NCBI GenBank assembly: GCA_024137785.1
Contig: JAHRHZ010000016.1
Coordinates: 40,260,998 to 40,324,997, forward strand
Length of the DNA stretch: 64,000 bases
From: Ginglymostoma cirratum
Lineage: Eukaryota
Reading direction: 5' to 3'
How positions within the stretch are numbered: the first letter of the stretch is position 1; each line of letters begins with the position of its first letter. The notes below the pieces were generated by a model. That model saw nothing but the letters and a program-made list of their open reading frames with translations, had not been told where the DNA came from and did no database searches. The position numbers were made by a program, and so were the translations under genes. Below are positions 1 to 14,064 of the stretch, in pieces.

Positions 1-2569
1 CCCACCTTCTCTTTCGTTTATTTGCATTTCATATTCCAAAGGCCTGCAACAACTGGCTAGATCCCCACTCAGCAGACAACCAAACTCTGCAATCTTCCCA
101 TCTGCTGGGTTTTCTCTTCTTTGCTTTTCTCACTCTAACTTACACATTTACCTACTGAGTGCTTGGAACTATCAAAATGATTTATCATGCTCAGCGAGAA
201 GTCAGAGGGAACCCATTTGGTTAAAGTCCCATTTATATCAAGGAACTCCTTCCAATATGGCATATTTGCCTATGTTCCAAAAGCATGCTGTTTACCCGTG
301 TAGCCGTCCTGGAGGCAGGAGCATTTGTTTGATTAAAATCTTAGCAAGTGCTCAGGATTTGCATTTGTGGGGTTATGATTCTGGTCACAAAGCTAAATAA
401 ATATTAGGGAAAACAATAGGGAAACGGCGTCATTGACTTGTGTGAAAGTTATGTTCAATTTACATTTGCCATCAGCTTTAATTTGCTCTTCCACCTCCAA
501 GAGACATGAAATGAAACAATATTGTGAGTTGATGTCTTTGCCTCAGCGGGTATGAATTAATTGCAGAGTTGCAACTAGAGGCAGTATGACCTTTATAGAT
601 GGGACTTCAGAAGCATGTTTTCTTGTCATCTGTCTTACTGTTTGCTCTCTGTTCAGATTTCTTCAGTGAGTACTTTTTGATAGCCCAATGTTACACTGGC
701 TACATACTTATTATGAAAATCTCTGATCATCTTGGCTAATTTCACACGTATGATTAAAATCTTTGCAGTTAAAAATACACCATACAAAATGTCATATGCT
801 TTCAAATGATAATGTCCTTCTGGTATTTGTCAGTTTTCCATATTTATTGTGATTCATTCAGTAGCATTGCAGACAGTTATGATAAGAACTAGCTGACTCA
901 GCACCTTAATAAAACGCACACTGGGATTTCAACTCTGTCAACATGGGCAATCTGTTTGTTCCAATGTCTGTTCTTTAATCATCAACTACTGATTGCCTGA
1001 GAGTAACGTAATTGGTTGATACATAAGTAAATTTATAGGCAGAAGCTCTAAGTTTGCAAAAATCTTTCATATTAAAATTGCTACTGTGTCAGTACATTTT
1101 TTACCAATGTATTTCTTAATGATCTTTGTGAATTTTAAAAAAGTGCCTGTTATTACTTGCGGGACTCATAAAAATATATATAATCTCCCAGTTGGTTGCT
1201 TGACATGAAACTATGGTCTTATATATACATATAAGACAAATTTTGGCTTGTTAATAGTCAAAGTGCATAAAAACACTAAAGATAAAAAATACAGGAGTGC
1301 TTAATATATATTTCTTTGGCTTGTCTGTCAAGTGGTAATAAATGTGTGATAACATTACCACTTGCAGAATATGCATTAGCAAATTGCTGCAAGGCGGACA
1401 TGCTATGTATGCATTCACCCTGCCAACATTATACTATAAAATTTATATACCTGCATTTATAATACTACCAACTAGTAAGAGTGTTTAATTACATTGTGAC
1501 AAATTTACACCAGTAGTTCCCATTATCAATGTAGACTTAGGAATTTATGTTGATGCACAATTAAGAACAGAACTAATTAAAGTACTTTAAAATGGAAACT
1601 GAATTACATTATTATACCCTCATTTAATTATTCCTCTTCCTCTAACCCTTTTTCACCTGAAGGATGGTATTTAGTCTTGACCCTGTGAGCTCCTCCATTG
1701 CAGTTGGGTTGGTAACAGGTTAAAAATCTTATGGTTACTTCACTTACAATAAAATATCGCGATTATAAATTCTGCTTTTCCTTGTCATAATCAAAAACCA
1801 CCTCGATATCACACTGCAACTCTACTGTTCCTCCTGCAGAAATGTGCCAGCACCACCATCAGTGAGATGGCGTAATAACATTGTGATACATTACATGATC
1901 ACTTCCCATTGTAAAAGTGAAAAGATGAAACTATAAATGTATATTATAAAACTCAGGACAGGATTTATAACTCAATTATTGAAGCTAAAATTGACTGTTA
2001 ATCAATCTCTTTCTGTTATTGTCTTCTGTTGCCCTAGGTCTTCACACATTCTTTGTTTTTCTAATTTATTTCAAGCTTTTTTTAATTGTGTAATGTTTAA
2101 AAGGTACCAATGTTTCAATTGTATTTTAATTTTGTGTTTTATGTTATTGTTCATTCCTCAGAAACTTTCTCCATTGATTGTACCCCACCGTCCTCTTTGG
2201 TCTGATTGAGAGTTAAATAAATATTCTCAGATGTTCTTTCAGTTCTGATGACGTGTAGCCTGAAATATTAACGTAGCTCTTGATAAATCTGGCTTGTGCT
2301 CCTAGAATGGTTTTGTTTTTATCCCACTCATTTTCAAATGTTTTATCCTGATCTGGAATAGGGCTTGACCAGCACCTGCCAACAAATAAAGCTTTCTCCC
2401 TAAATGTATAGATCACTTGAGCAGTCGATTAGCACAATATACCGTGCATGATATGTTGCTCTTATCACCTTTAAAGAGTATACACATGAAATCCACAGAT
2501 TTCTTAAGTTCTATGCTTAATTAGTTAACATTATCTAGGACAGCAGTTAGAGCATTATGACCATTTAAC

Positions 2570-3130
2570 ATATAAATTAAGAACAACACTAAGCCATTTG
2601 GTCCCTCAATCTCAAATCCACTTTCCTGCCAACTAATGATACCATTTGATTCCCTTGTTAGTCAAGTATCTATCTACATCTGCCTTCAAAATATTTAATG
2701 GCACTGCCTCTACCACTGTCTGGGAAGAAGAGTTGCACAGACCTATGACCGTCCGAGAGAAAAATATTCTTCATTTTCTTCTTAAGTGGGAGACCCCTTA
2801 TTTATAAGCTGTGTCCCGAGCTCAAGTCTTTCCCACAAGGGGAAACATCCTTTCCAACCCCTGTCAGGATCTTTTATGTTTCAATAGGATCATCTCTCAT
2901 TCTTCTAAAGCCCAAATGATACAGGCCCAACTTGTCTAATTTTTCTCAAAAGGAAAGTTCCTCATTCCCAGCATCAGGCAAGTGAGCCTATTCTGAACTG
3001 CTCCTAATGCAATATCTAATATCCTTTCTTTAATAACAAGTCCAAGACTGTACATAGTACTCTAGCTGTTGTCTCACCAATGAGCTTTAAAACTGAAACA
3101 AAACATCCCTACTTTTACATACTATTTCTG
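2570..3130 (-). mobile_element. CR1-type LINE 3' fragment, old
   Basis: Reverse-strand CR1 3' end signature (aagaac...gccatttggtccctc; ttccacag; ctgtacatagtactctagctg). Degenerate, no ORF. Confidence 0.65.
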
Positions 3131-4986
3131 ACCAGGATCCTAACCTGACCATGTCCAATGGATGTGAGATTAAAAAAAAAAGACAGAGTTGTGTTTCCTA
3201 AATGCTGTCTAGTGATGCCTACCAGAAAGTTTGTGGGCATTAGCTGAGCACAAATTTGGGTTTTTGCTATAATAGTTGTTGACTTTAATGTCCCAGCTGA
3301 TGATCATACTGGCAAACCAGATCCTAGAATGAAATATGGCCTGATAGTGTAGATATTTAACTTTTGTAGTTAGTTCACATGCTGGTAGGTCATTGAAATA
3401 TACCCATACAAGGTTGCAATTGCTCTTTAGCAACAGAATATAAACTGATTACATGAAAAGAAATTGTTTTGGACACATATTATATATATAGTAGGAAAGA
3501 TGTCAACACATCAGAATAAAGCTTCAATATGGTTCCCAGAACCATCCAATGTAACAGTTACATTCAAGAGAAGTACCTCTCCTAAATCAGATTTTTACAT
3601 CTTTACTCAACTAGTTCTGTCGAGTTTCATTCCCTTGGACTGTTGAGAACTCTTTATGATTCATTTCCAAGTCCATTGGTAAGAACCTGTCTCAGATCTG
3701 ATGGCCCTAGTGTTGTCAGTTCTAACCACTTGAAGACTTTTATCCAGACTCTCCTGGATTGGAAGCTTTACAAACTTGAACCCACTTCTGCTGGGGTGAC
3801 TGGTTTGCCTGCAATAATTTTGATTCTCCTGTTCTGAGAAGCTGTTCTATTTTCTGAACTGAACTCAGAGTTCTTCTAACTAAAGCTTTGAATGTTCTGT
3901 TCGAGGTCAAAACTGAACTAATTGCCGTAATGTATTTACTCTGTCATAAACGCAACAGTATAAACATTTTTTATCCATTAACAGCAGAGGTTGACCCAAG
4001 CATTATAAAGTAATCACAAGCTTTCTGGGAACTGATGTATTTAGGTTACCCTTTCAAATTGGTTTTCTGACCTATTAGGACACCTTCATAGAAATGGTCC
4101 ATATCCATCTACCTCAGTTTTGAAATCAAATTACAAAAAGAATCATATAATTTACCTTGTATCATGCCATGAAACAAAACTATGGGCTCACACTTGCAGA
4201 ATAGATACTTGGATGAGATATTGATTAGTATGCCAGAAAAAAGGCAATAAAACTCTGAAATCATTTACGAAAAAGCTAAATGCAGTGATGAAGCCCAGGA
4301 AGCGACTTGTGGTTGGATGAGCTAAGAGCTCAGTGGTGTCCCTTATCTGGGTCTATTTTGTAATGTACTGACATATTAATTGTCTCTTTATTGCTAATAT
4401 GTCATTGTGAGATGTGATCCTGCACTGATTATCAAAATATTGGTTTACATGTTAAAGAAAGATTCATGCTGATACGTAAGAATAAATTGCATTCACATTT
4501 GCTGTAAATTGCACTGAATTATTCATCCTTTGAGGCTAGCATCTTTGATCAGCCTGCTGTTAAAACATGAAGGACCCCGTGACTTAAAAGATAATTGTTT
4601 TTAATTCTTATGTTCTTTTGACTTTTTGTTGATCAATGATCATAGACTTACCTTTTGAGCTGTAAAATCAAGCTGTTTGTCCATTGTCATGACCTATGGT
4701 AATGATGCCCACTGCTGATGCATGGCTATAATTCAAAAGTGAATTGTGTGTGTGTGTGTGAGTGTGAAGCTTCACACAATTCAAAAGCAACTCAGTTGAA
4801 GATAAGAACCTGTTTGTAGTGTATCATGAGTACTATAGTATTTTTTAGTAACCAGAAAATTCTGTAAATTATGATAAATTTGCAGAGAAGTTGCAGGTTA
4901 CTGTGGGTGTAGTTAAATATTCATTTTTGTTAAATCTGGTTATAAATTGTTTCATTAAATGTTAAGCTACTTTCAAGATTCCTGTT

Positions 4987-7345
4987 ACCAGGCATACCTA
5001 AAACTGAGGTGACACTCTGATGAAGCTACAACAGAGGACTACTTGCATGTGACACAGCAGAAGCAGCATGCAATGGACAGGGTTAATCTCAAAACCTGCG
5101 GATCGGCAGGATTGACTATGAATAGATCTAGCCACTGAAGACTGGGCACATAGGCGCTATGGAGCATCAGCAGCAACCAAATTGTACAACAACACAATTT
5201 TCAATCTCATGACAAGACATATCCCCCACTGTACCATCAACATCAAGCCAGGGTTCAACCCTGGTTCAATAAGAGAATGCCAGGAACAGCATCAGACATA
5301 AAAATGAGATGTCAACCTAGTGAAGCGACTAAACAGGGCTACTTGCATGCCAAACAGTATAAGCAGTAAGTGCTTGACAGGGCTAAGCGATCCCACAACC
5401 AATGGGTTGGATCTAAGATCTGCAGTCTTGCTATGTCCAATCATGAATGGTGGTGGACAATTAAACAACAGAAAGGAGCAGGAGACTCCACAAGTATCCC
5501 TATCCTCAGTGATGGGGAGTCAAGAAGATCAGTACAAAAGATAGGCGTGAGGCATTTGCAACATTTCCAGCCAGATATGTTGAGTTGATGATTCATCATG
5601 GCCTCCTCCAGTGGTCCTCAGCATCACAAATGCCAGATTTCAGCCAGCCAATTTGATTTAATCCACACATTATCAAGAAACAGCTGAAGACATTGGATAC
5701 TACAAATGCTAGGGATCCTTACTATATTCTTGAAACAATACTGGAAACCCTGTGATCCAGAACTAGCCATGGCCATTGCCATTGTTCTAGTACAGCTAAC
5801 ACACTGGAATTTAACTGGGAGTATGGATAATTGCCCAGGTATGCCCTTGCTACTAAAATCAGGACAAATCCAACCTAGTCCAATACTGCACCTTCAGTCT
5901 ACTCTCAATCATTAGCAAAGTGATGGGAGGGATCAATCTCTGTTGCTACTGAGCGACAGTTCTATAAAAACAATCTGTTCACTGAGACCTGCACCTACAT
6001 CAGTTCTGAGGAAGGGTCACCAGACGCAAAATGTTAACTCTGTTTTTGCCTTCACCAATGCTGTCAGACCTGCTGGGCTTTTCCAGCAACTTTGTTTTCT
6101 GTTCCTGCTCATGGATGGTCAGTTTGGGCCACTCAGCTCCTGGCTTCATTCCATCCTTAGCCTGAATGTGGACCAAACAGCTGAATTCTAGCTGTGAGTT
6201 GAGAATGACTGCCCTCGTCATTAAAAGAAATAGTTGACTGGGTGTGGCAGAGTCCTATCAAAACTGGAATCAATGATGATTGTCGTGAATACTCTCCACA
6301 GGTTGGAGTCCTATCTAGGGCACAGAAAGTTTGATTTTGCTGGAGACCAACCACCTCAATCTGAGGACATTGCTGCAGGAGCTGGTAAGGGTAGTATCAG
6401 GCCCAGTCATCTACAGCTGCTTTATCATAATGCCAGATTTGAAGATCTTCAGCGATGATTAAATAATGTTTAACAGCATTCTCGACTTCTCAGAAGATGA
6501 AAGAACTCATGTCCATATGCAGCAAGACTTGGGAAACGTCTAGGCTTAGGTTAATAAGCGGCAAGTAACATTTGCAGTATACAGGTGCTAGGAAATGACC
6601 ATTTAAGATTGAATCTTGCTGTCTTCACTTAACATTCAATACATGACGATTGCAAAAGGCCCCAGTCTCATCATTCTGTGGGTTACCAATAAGTAATGGT
6701 AGTGGCAAAAGCTGAACTGATCCAGTCATATAAATACTGTGACTACTAAAGGAGATCAAAGGCTTGGAATTCTGAGGTGTGTAACCCATCTCCTAACTCT
6801 CCAAAGCCTGTCCACCATTTACAAGGCTCAAGTCAGGTGTTTGATGGAATACTCTGAATGGAGCAGTTCCCACAACACTCAGGAATTTCAACATTATCCA
6901 GGACATAGTATCCTATTTGTTGGCACTCTATCCACCACCTTCCGCATTCATTTAATTCACCACTGACTTATGGCAGCAGCAATACTACAATCTACAAGAT
7001 ACACTGCAGTATCTCGCCAAGGATACTTTCAACAGAGACTTTCATACCTGCACCTTCCATCACCTAGAAGGACCAGGGCAGCACATGTATGGAAACACCA
7101 CCCTGGTAAGTTCCCTTCCCAGCTATATACCAACTTGACTTGGAATCATACAGCCGTTACCTCACTGTTCTGGGGTCGAAATCTATGCCCTTGCTCTCTA
7201 ATAGCACTAAAGGTGCCCTCAACCCCATGGATTGCAATGGTCATGAAGACAGCTCACTGTATCATCTTCACCACAGTTAGAGATGAGCAATAAATGCTGG
7301 CCTAGCTCGTGACATGCACATCCCTTGCACTGAATAGAAAAAAAA
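4987..7345 (+). mobile_element. Jockey-group (CR1/L2-like) LINE 'family B', decayed ORF2 to 3' end; 5' part duplicated; interrupted by a PLE fragment near 6000-6105
   Basis: Peptides DRAKRSHNQ..SKICS..EWWWTIKQ, WKIAQVCP-like, LSTIYKAQVRCLMEYS; 3' end gcaataaatgctggcctagc...gaatagaaaaaaaa. Segment 4987-5105 repeats at 5290-5415. Confidence 0.85.
6000..6105 (+). mobile_element. PLE family 2 pLTR fragment with degenerate HHR motif
   Basis: cagttCTGAGGAagggtcaccagacgcAAAATgttaactctg...cagacctgctgggcttttccagcaac; same family as 16755 and 42090. Confidence 0.7.
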
Positions 7346-7584
7346 GACTATCCCCTTCCATAAATCTCCTTTACTTTCCTAGTGCCCCTTGTTTACAATC
7401 TTTACCCTTTCTCTTCCAGCATTTATGCAAACATTCCTCTTTGAGGGAAGATTCTTATTCTCTCTCAGTTTGGCAAGAAACATAAGCAATTATGCAAGGC
7501 AAAGCTGAAGTTGTGCTTGTGAATGTGTCCTGGGGTGCAGTTTTCTGAGTCCAGGACAAAATGGTAATCAAGCAAAACAATAGC

Positions 7585-8050
7585 AGTCATAGATTCATAC
7601 AGCACAGAAACAGAGCCTCTGGTCCAACTTATCCAGGCTGACCAAGTTTCCCAAACTGAACTAGCCCCACTTGTCTGCGTTTGGCCCATATCCCTCTAAA
7701 CCATTCCTATTCATGTACCTGTCCAGATGTCTTTTAGATGTTGTAACTGTATCTTCGCTTACCATTTCTTCTGGCAATTCATTCCACACAAGGATCACTT
7801 TCTGAGAAAAAGTTGCCAAATCTTTCTCCTCTTACTTTAAAATTACACCCTCTAGTTTTGAAATCCCCAGCCCTAGGGAAAGACCTTTGCTATTCATGAT
7901 TTTATATACCCCTATAAAGTCAGCCCTCAACTTCCTAAGTTCCGGTGGAAAATATGTCCCAGCCTCTCCAGCCTCTCCTTATAACTGAAACCCTTCAGTC
8001 TTGGTGACATCCATGCAAATCTTTTCTGCACCCTCTCCAATTTAATAATA
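7585..8050 (-). mobile_element. CR1 (HER1-like) LINE 3' end
   Basis: Tail (tcataga)n-like, then cccatatccctctaaaccattcctattcatgtacctgtcc and ttttctgcaccctctccaa, the reverse complement of the CR1 ORF2 C-terminus. Confidence 0.8.
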
Positions 8051-8829
8051 TTGAAGTAGCTGCATCAATGTCGGATACAGATGGCCTCAAGTTCACATTG
8101 TTAACCCTTGGAGGAGTAGGGTGGAATGAATGCCCTGCGCCATGGTGAATTTGGTGGTCAAGGAGGAGGAAAATAACAGGTGCATGGATGGCACCATGGA
8201 CCTTGGCACCTTCCTGCCCCTATTGCAATAACGTCTTTAGTAGGAAGGCTTGTGGATGACCTCCCCCATGCCAACACCAACTGAGAGTCTGAAATAGACA
8301 ATTAATACTTGCTTCACATCCTCATCCTGCTGAAACTGGGTGTCTGAAAAGTAAACCCTGGTGCATTTGTTTGTGGGAATCTCAGAACAAGTTCCTTTTT
8401 TCAAACTGAACTCATTTCCTGATTGAAGAACCCAGCATTGGGAAGGTGGAGCCCAGTTAGAGCTTTCTCCTGCCCTAGCTGCTGGCACCATTTCCTCTGC
8501 CCTCCCACCCAGGTCACTCTCAATCCATTCACTTCAAATGGGTCTATGGCAATCTTAGACTTCAACTGACTTTTGTGCTCCCTGGTGCACTGTAATTCAA
8601 TTAACAGCTGCTGGCCTCTGATTTCAAAAGGTGCTGGGTGGGGTGGGGTAGGGTGGGAGGGATGTTCCTTGATCCCAAAGATGACCAACCAGCCTGCCAA
8701 TTCATACAGCTGGCATTTGTGAAAGGTGGCGATATGACTCAGGTGAGTCGCCATCACCTCCATTGGAAATCTCCCATAGTTTCAATTCATCAACTGGTGA
8801 GTTTGAGAGTGTGGCTGTGCATTTAGAGG

Positions 8830-9000
8830 AACTCCATCATGTCAGAGATGGGGATGTTCACCAATGATTGCACAGTGGTCAGCACCATTTGTGACTCCTC
8901 AGATACTGAAGCAGTCCATGTTCAAACGTGCAAGATCTGGACAATATCCAGGCATGGGTCGACAAGTGGCAAGTATGATTCTTGCCACATAAATGCCCAG
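8830..9000 (+). mobile_element. LINE family B RT-core fragment
   Basis: SEMGMFTNDCTVVSTICDSSDTEAVHVQ (degenerate FADD motif). Confidence 0.75.
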
Positions 9001-9227
9001 CAGTCTGTGGTTCTGACTCATTTCAGCCTAAATTTCTAGCGTTCTTATTTGGATCGACCTTGTTCTAATGAAAGATCATCAATCTGAAAATCTGAGCCTC
9101 TGATTAGTTTACTGTGGTTGCTGAGTTTTTCCAGCCTTGTTTTTATTACAGCATTTCAAGAATTCTTTGTGGCAACGTCACATTTCTTGACAGTCTGATG
9201 ACAAATTGTTTAATTAATGGAGTGCTG

Positions 9228-9257
9228 TTTACACTGTCAATTAATTGACAGTGTAAA
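9228..9257. promoter_or_regulatory. Perfect 30-bp palindrome in unique DNA; candidate enhancer / conserved non-coding element core
   Basis: tttacactgtcaatt|aattgacagtgtaaa is its own reverse complement. It contains TAATTA, CTGTCA/TGACAG and FOX-like TGTTTAC/GTAAAT motifs. Function is inferred only. Confidence 0.5.
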
Positions 9258-10264
9258 TTCATTTCTTTCCCAAGGATACTTGGTAATTTTCTCAATTACG
9301 GTCTGTCTTTGTGCATTTAACTTCAAAAAAGCTCACACCTCGAAAATGATTTTCTTCTCAATAGCAAATGTAATCCTGTTACAACTGATTACATCTGCAG
9401 TTCCTTTTGAAACAGTTGGTGATATGAAACCAATTGCCATGATAGCTTTTCTTCATTTACCTTTCTTTATTCATGTGTATATCAAAGTCAATTGCTTGTG
9501 AACCATTTACTGTTCCACTTTGCACCCATTGCCATCTCAGGCATTTTCCAAGTCTGTATTGGTGAGAATCTATAAAGAAATGTGAAGCTCTGCTACTGTC
9601 CCTCAAATGGAATCACAAGAGAACAGCCTGCAGCACAAGTCTGATATTGTAATTTTTCATAGGCTGTGACCCTTAATGTCCCTGACTGAGTCTTATATCT
9701 GAACGGATTATGTTGCTATGAACTGATGCCTATGGGGAACGTCACCAAACCGGCTGGCATCCATTTCACTCACAAGCCTGAATTGTCTCAGAACAACCAT
9801 TCCTCGAAATTGAATTCCCAAAGGTAGATTAATGGATTTCTATTCCACATACTGATTCATAAAATCTCTGTCTGTAGCTTTTAATCACAAATACGTAACT
9901 AAACAAACAACAGTTTATTTTGACTTGTGACTCAATTATATACACCTACTGGCTTTCAAAACGTAGTTTTATTTTGTCAAGGAAATGGCTCAATTGATTA
10001 ATATGACCCAAAAATCTAAACAAACTTCATGTATGATTCTTATCGCTGATGTGGGTGTGCACTTTTTTCTATGATCATTTCATACTCCTTTGTAATGCTA
10101 ATTTCAGTTGAGATAGTGAACCTAGAATTTTATTAAGAGTTTTATTTAGGGAGCATAATTAATGTTACATTTTCAGTGGTTACGCTCAGAGCCAGCTCGC
10201 CAATCCCCAAGGCTACCTTGTCCACAGACATCCGTGAGATAGGGTGGGAGCACGTCAAAGCTCT

Positions 10265-11650
10265 ATATTGCTGTCACTTGCAGTTGTGAATGGCGGTGCA
10301 CAATCAAAAAGAACTCATTGGAGGATGAGACTCCACAGATATCCCCATCCTCAAATGATGGGAGCCCAATACATTGGTGCGAAAGACAAGGCACAAGTAT
10401 TTGCATCCTTCTTCAGCCAGAAGTGCTGAGTGAATGATTCAGCTTGGTCTCCTCTGGAGGTCCCCATATTACAGTTCTAGTGTTCAATCAATTCAATTCA
10501 TTCCATGTGATATCAAAGAAATGGCCAATGATGCTGGATACAGCAAAGGCCTTGACTACATTTTGGCTGTATTTTCCTGAGTCCTGCATTAAGGAGTCCT
10601 AGGAAAAGTGGAATTAATGAGTATTGGAGAGAAAACTGTCTGCTGGTTGTAATCATAGCTGGTGCAAAAGAAGGTGGTCGTGGTTGATGGAGGTCAGTCA
10701 TCTCAACCCTAAGACATATTGCATGTGTTCCTTAAGGAAGTATCCTTGATCCAATTACTTCAATTACTTCATCAATGACTTTCCATCATCAAAGTCAGAA
10801 GTGGGGATGTTCCCTAATGATTGCACAATCTTCAGAGCCATTTGTGACTCCTCAGATCCTGAAATAGCAAAGGTCAAATGCAGCAAGATCTGGACAATAC
10901 CCAGGTTGGGGCTGACAAATGACAGATAATATTTGTGTCACATAAATGCTAGACAATGTCCATATCCAACACGAGAGGATCTAACCATTATCCTTTGGCA
11001 TTCAATGGCATTGCCATTGATGCCTCACTATCAACATCATGGGGATAACCATTGACCCAATACAGAACTGGACTAACTATATAATTACTGTAGCTAGGAA
11101 TTCTGTGTCAGTTAGCCTACCTTCTGTCTCCAGAATGCCTGTCCACAATCTATAATCCATAAGTCATGAGTATGATGGAATAATCTCCACTTGATTCCAT
11201 GAGTGCATCTTCAACAACACTCAAGAAGTTTGATACAAACTTGGACAAAGCACCCACTTGATTGGCGCCCCATCCACCACCTTGAATATTCACTCTCTTC
11301 ACCACCCACACAGTGGTGAGTGTGTACCTTCTTAAAATGTATTTGATTGACTCAGCATTTTCCTTCAACAACACCTTCCAAAAATCTACCACCAAGAAGG
11401 ACAAGGGCAGCATGTTCCTCTCCAAGTCACACACTACCCTGATTTTAACTTTATTACTTTTCCTTCACTGTTGTTGGATCAAAATCTTGGAAAACAATTC
11501 TTAATAGCACACTGGATGCCCCTAGACCCAAGGACTGCAGTGGATCAAGAAGGTAACTCACCATCACCTTCTTCAGGGCAATTATGGATGGGTAATATAT
11601 TGTTGGTCTGGATGGTGACACTTGTGTGTCCTGATCAAAACAAAAGAAAC
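10265..11650 (+). mobile_element. LINE family B, 5'-truncated and internally deleted
   Basis: GAQYIGAKDKAQVFASFFSQKC; GMFPND; 3' end caccatcaccttcttcagggcaattatggatgggtaat. Confidence 0.8.
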
Positions 11651-12694
11651 TGCAGATCAATTCATTAATTTTATTTAAATTTGTGCTGGAAATAGGAACA
11701 AAATGGCTTTATGATTTATTAGTTTAGGAATATAAACTTGATGTTAACCCATGACATTAAGCCCAAATGAAATCTGTATCTATTCCCAAATTAATTGGTC
11801 CATTTATTTGGAAATAATTACATTTATACTGAAGTAGGACATTTTTTCCTGGAAAATTTGGAGTAATTTGTGTGCCTAAACTAACAGACATTTCTGTGAG
11901 AATTTGAAGGTAAGTTTTTCTAGAAGTTGTGGCTGATAGAAAGAACAGTGTCTCACTCAATTGCTGTTTATAGTCTTTTTCCTAACTTTTTTTCCACTGC
12001 CAAGCTGGTTTATTGTGTGTATAGAGTCTGAGCCTAGTTTTCCAAGTACTGCTTCTGGAATCCAAAGCATTTTCTGTAAGAATTGGTTGTTTGCAGCATG
12101 ATCTAAATTCTATGGAATGTGTGCTTTCTTCTAAATCTTGACTTACAATCACGTGAAAGTGATATCATTATTTCATCACTATATTAGTCTTATGATTCTA
12201 CAAACCTCAGCAAGCAAGGGTGAATTGAAAGCATCCAGATTCAGCAGATGAGGCTTTTAAAGGTTATTCATTGATGAAGGAGTAGGAGTTCTTACCCCGA
12301 GTCCTCAAAAGCAAACGTTTGCAGTGATCAGCCAAGCCTTGCAATTCCACAATCCCTCCTGATAACATTCGCCTTCCTGTTGCTGGTTCAGGTGTTTCTA
12401 CAACGTGGTCTTGTATTGTTATTGCCATTGTAAGAAACCACTTGTGAAATAACCTTTATTTTCTTGTTCACAATTCAGTCTAAATTCAGCTTTACAGTTT
12501 CTAGGCCAGCATATGAGTAAATTGGAATTCCAGTCTAAACAAAAGTCCCAGACAAAAATCCCCATTCTGTTGGCTCTGTTGTGCATTCACTACAGCTTCA
12601 GTCCAGGGTTTAGCCCAATATTTTAGATTTTGGAAAAGTCCAGGGTCCTGTCAGTATTCTAGATGATCAGGATTTTTGCTCAATCTTACAGAGG

Positions 12695-12757
12695 ATGGAA
12701 CCTAACCTGGGTCCCTGGCATTATGAGGCAGCAGTGCTAACCACTGACCCTCCATGC
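12695..12757 (-). mobile_element. HE1 SINE 5' (tRNA-like head) fragment
   Basis: aacctgggtccctggcattatgaggcagcagtgctaaccactga matches the heads of the full copies. Confidence 0.7.
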
Positions 12758-14064
12758 TTTCCAGCACTTAGATGTGTAGATTGAGAATTTCAACTGTATA
12801 TATTTGGGTTTGATGGTTTGGATCAATTTCAAGTCATAATGACCATATCCCCATCCACACCTAGTTCTAAACTACTTTGACTTAATTGATTTTTCTGGTC
12901 ATTAACAAGCAGTTTCAGTCTCAGCAATATCGGAGTAGAATTGTGTGGAATTTCACTGATATGCTATTGGTCATCATGTCAACACTTTAATAAATACTAT
13001 GTCCCTTTCAAAGAGTTATTGTGGCAGTAGACTGAATATCTTATATATTCCATCTGGCCATATCAGTGGTGGAAGTGCAGCTGAATATGAGTTTTGTCTT
13101 CAGCTTCCTATGCCCTAGGCTCAGGAATTGCTTTCTGAAATTTTGCCACATCTCTTGCAATTGACTCCACTGGGTTTTTGATCTGTTGATCTTTGGCTGT
13201 ACTTCTGATATGTGTAGTAAATGAGCTCTTTTCTCCCTGTGTAGCTGCAAATTTCTGGAGGAATATGGAAAATAAATTAAGTGAAATATTTTTGTTGTTT
13301 GACTATGATAAATGGGTGGATGTATCATACAAACTGTGCCACTTCCGACATTATATTAACTGGCTAGAAAATGGCAGAGGATCTGGCGTAATGTGTCCCT
13401 GGCCAATATATTGCTGTTATTCACTCCCATTCCATTGAAAAATCATGAGAGACAGAAGATCCTGATAGTTGATGCTTTTACAAAGTAATGTAAAATTGCT
13501 TTTTAAGTTTAAGCGAAAAGCAAGTAACATTATGATCAAAAATGAATTTGAATTTGAGAAATGTGTTATATTGAGCATAAGCTAATTTCAAAAGCATTGA
13601 TTTACATGTTCGTTATGGTCAATTTTTAAAAAATAATAGTGGTGTCTTGTTAAAGTATAAATTTGATGGTAAAATTATTAAATGGATTGTACAATAATGA
13701 CTTACTGTGTTCGTAGAACTAACTTGTGTCTGTAATTTCTACATTTGTGGAATGAGTTTGGAAACAACCTAAGATGTATAAGAAGCACAGTGATAAAAAG
13801 CAGCCATGAAAGTCTGCAACACTCAAAATGTGGTAACAGAAATTCAGTGATCAGAACAAGAAGCCGCTTGCTATAATTCCTTCCACACTTCTAAGGCTTA
13901 AAATGAAAGTTATACTGATGTATTCGTACTCCACTTCTGCATTGATTAATCTCTGTTAATGGACTTGATGCCTGTGCTGACCTGTGAGAAGTACTGACCT
14001 GCAAAACACAGAACTATTAAACTAATTGTGAAGATTGGCAGAACTATTGTACGGTGAAGAGTGC

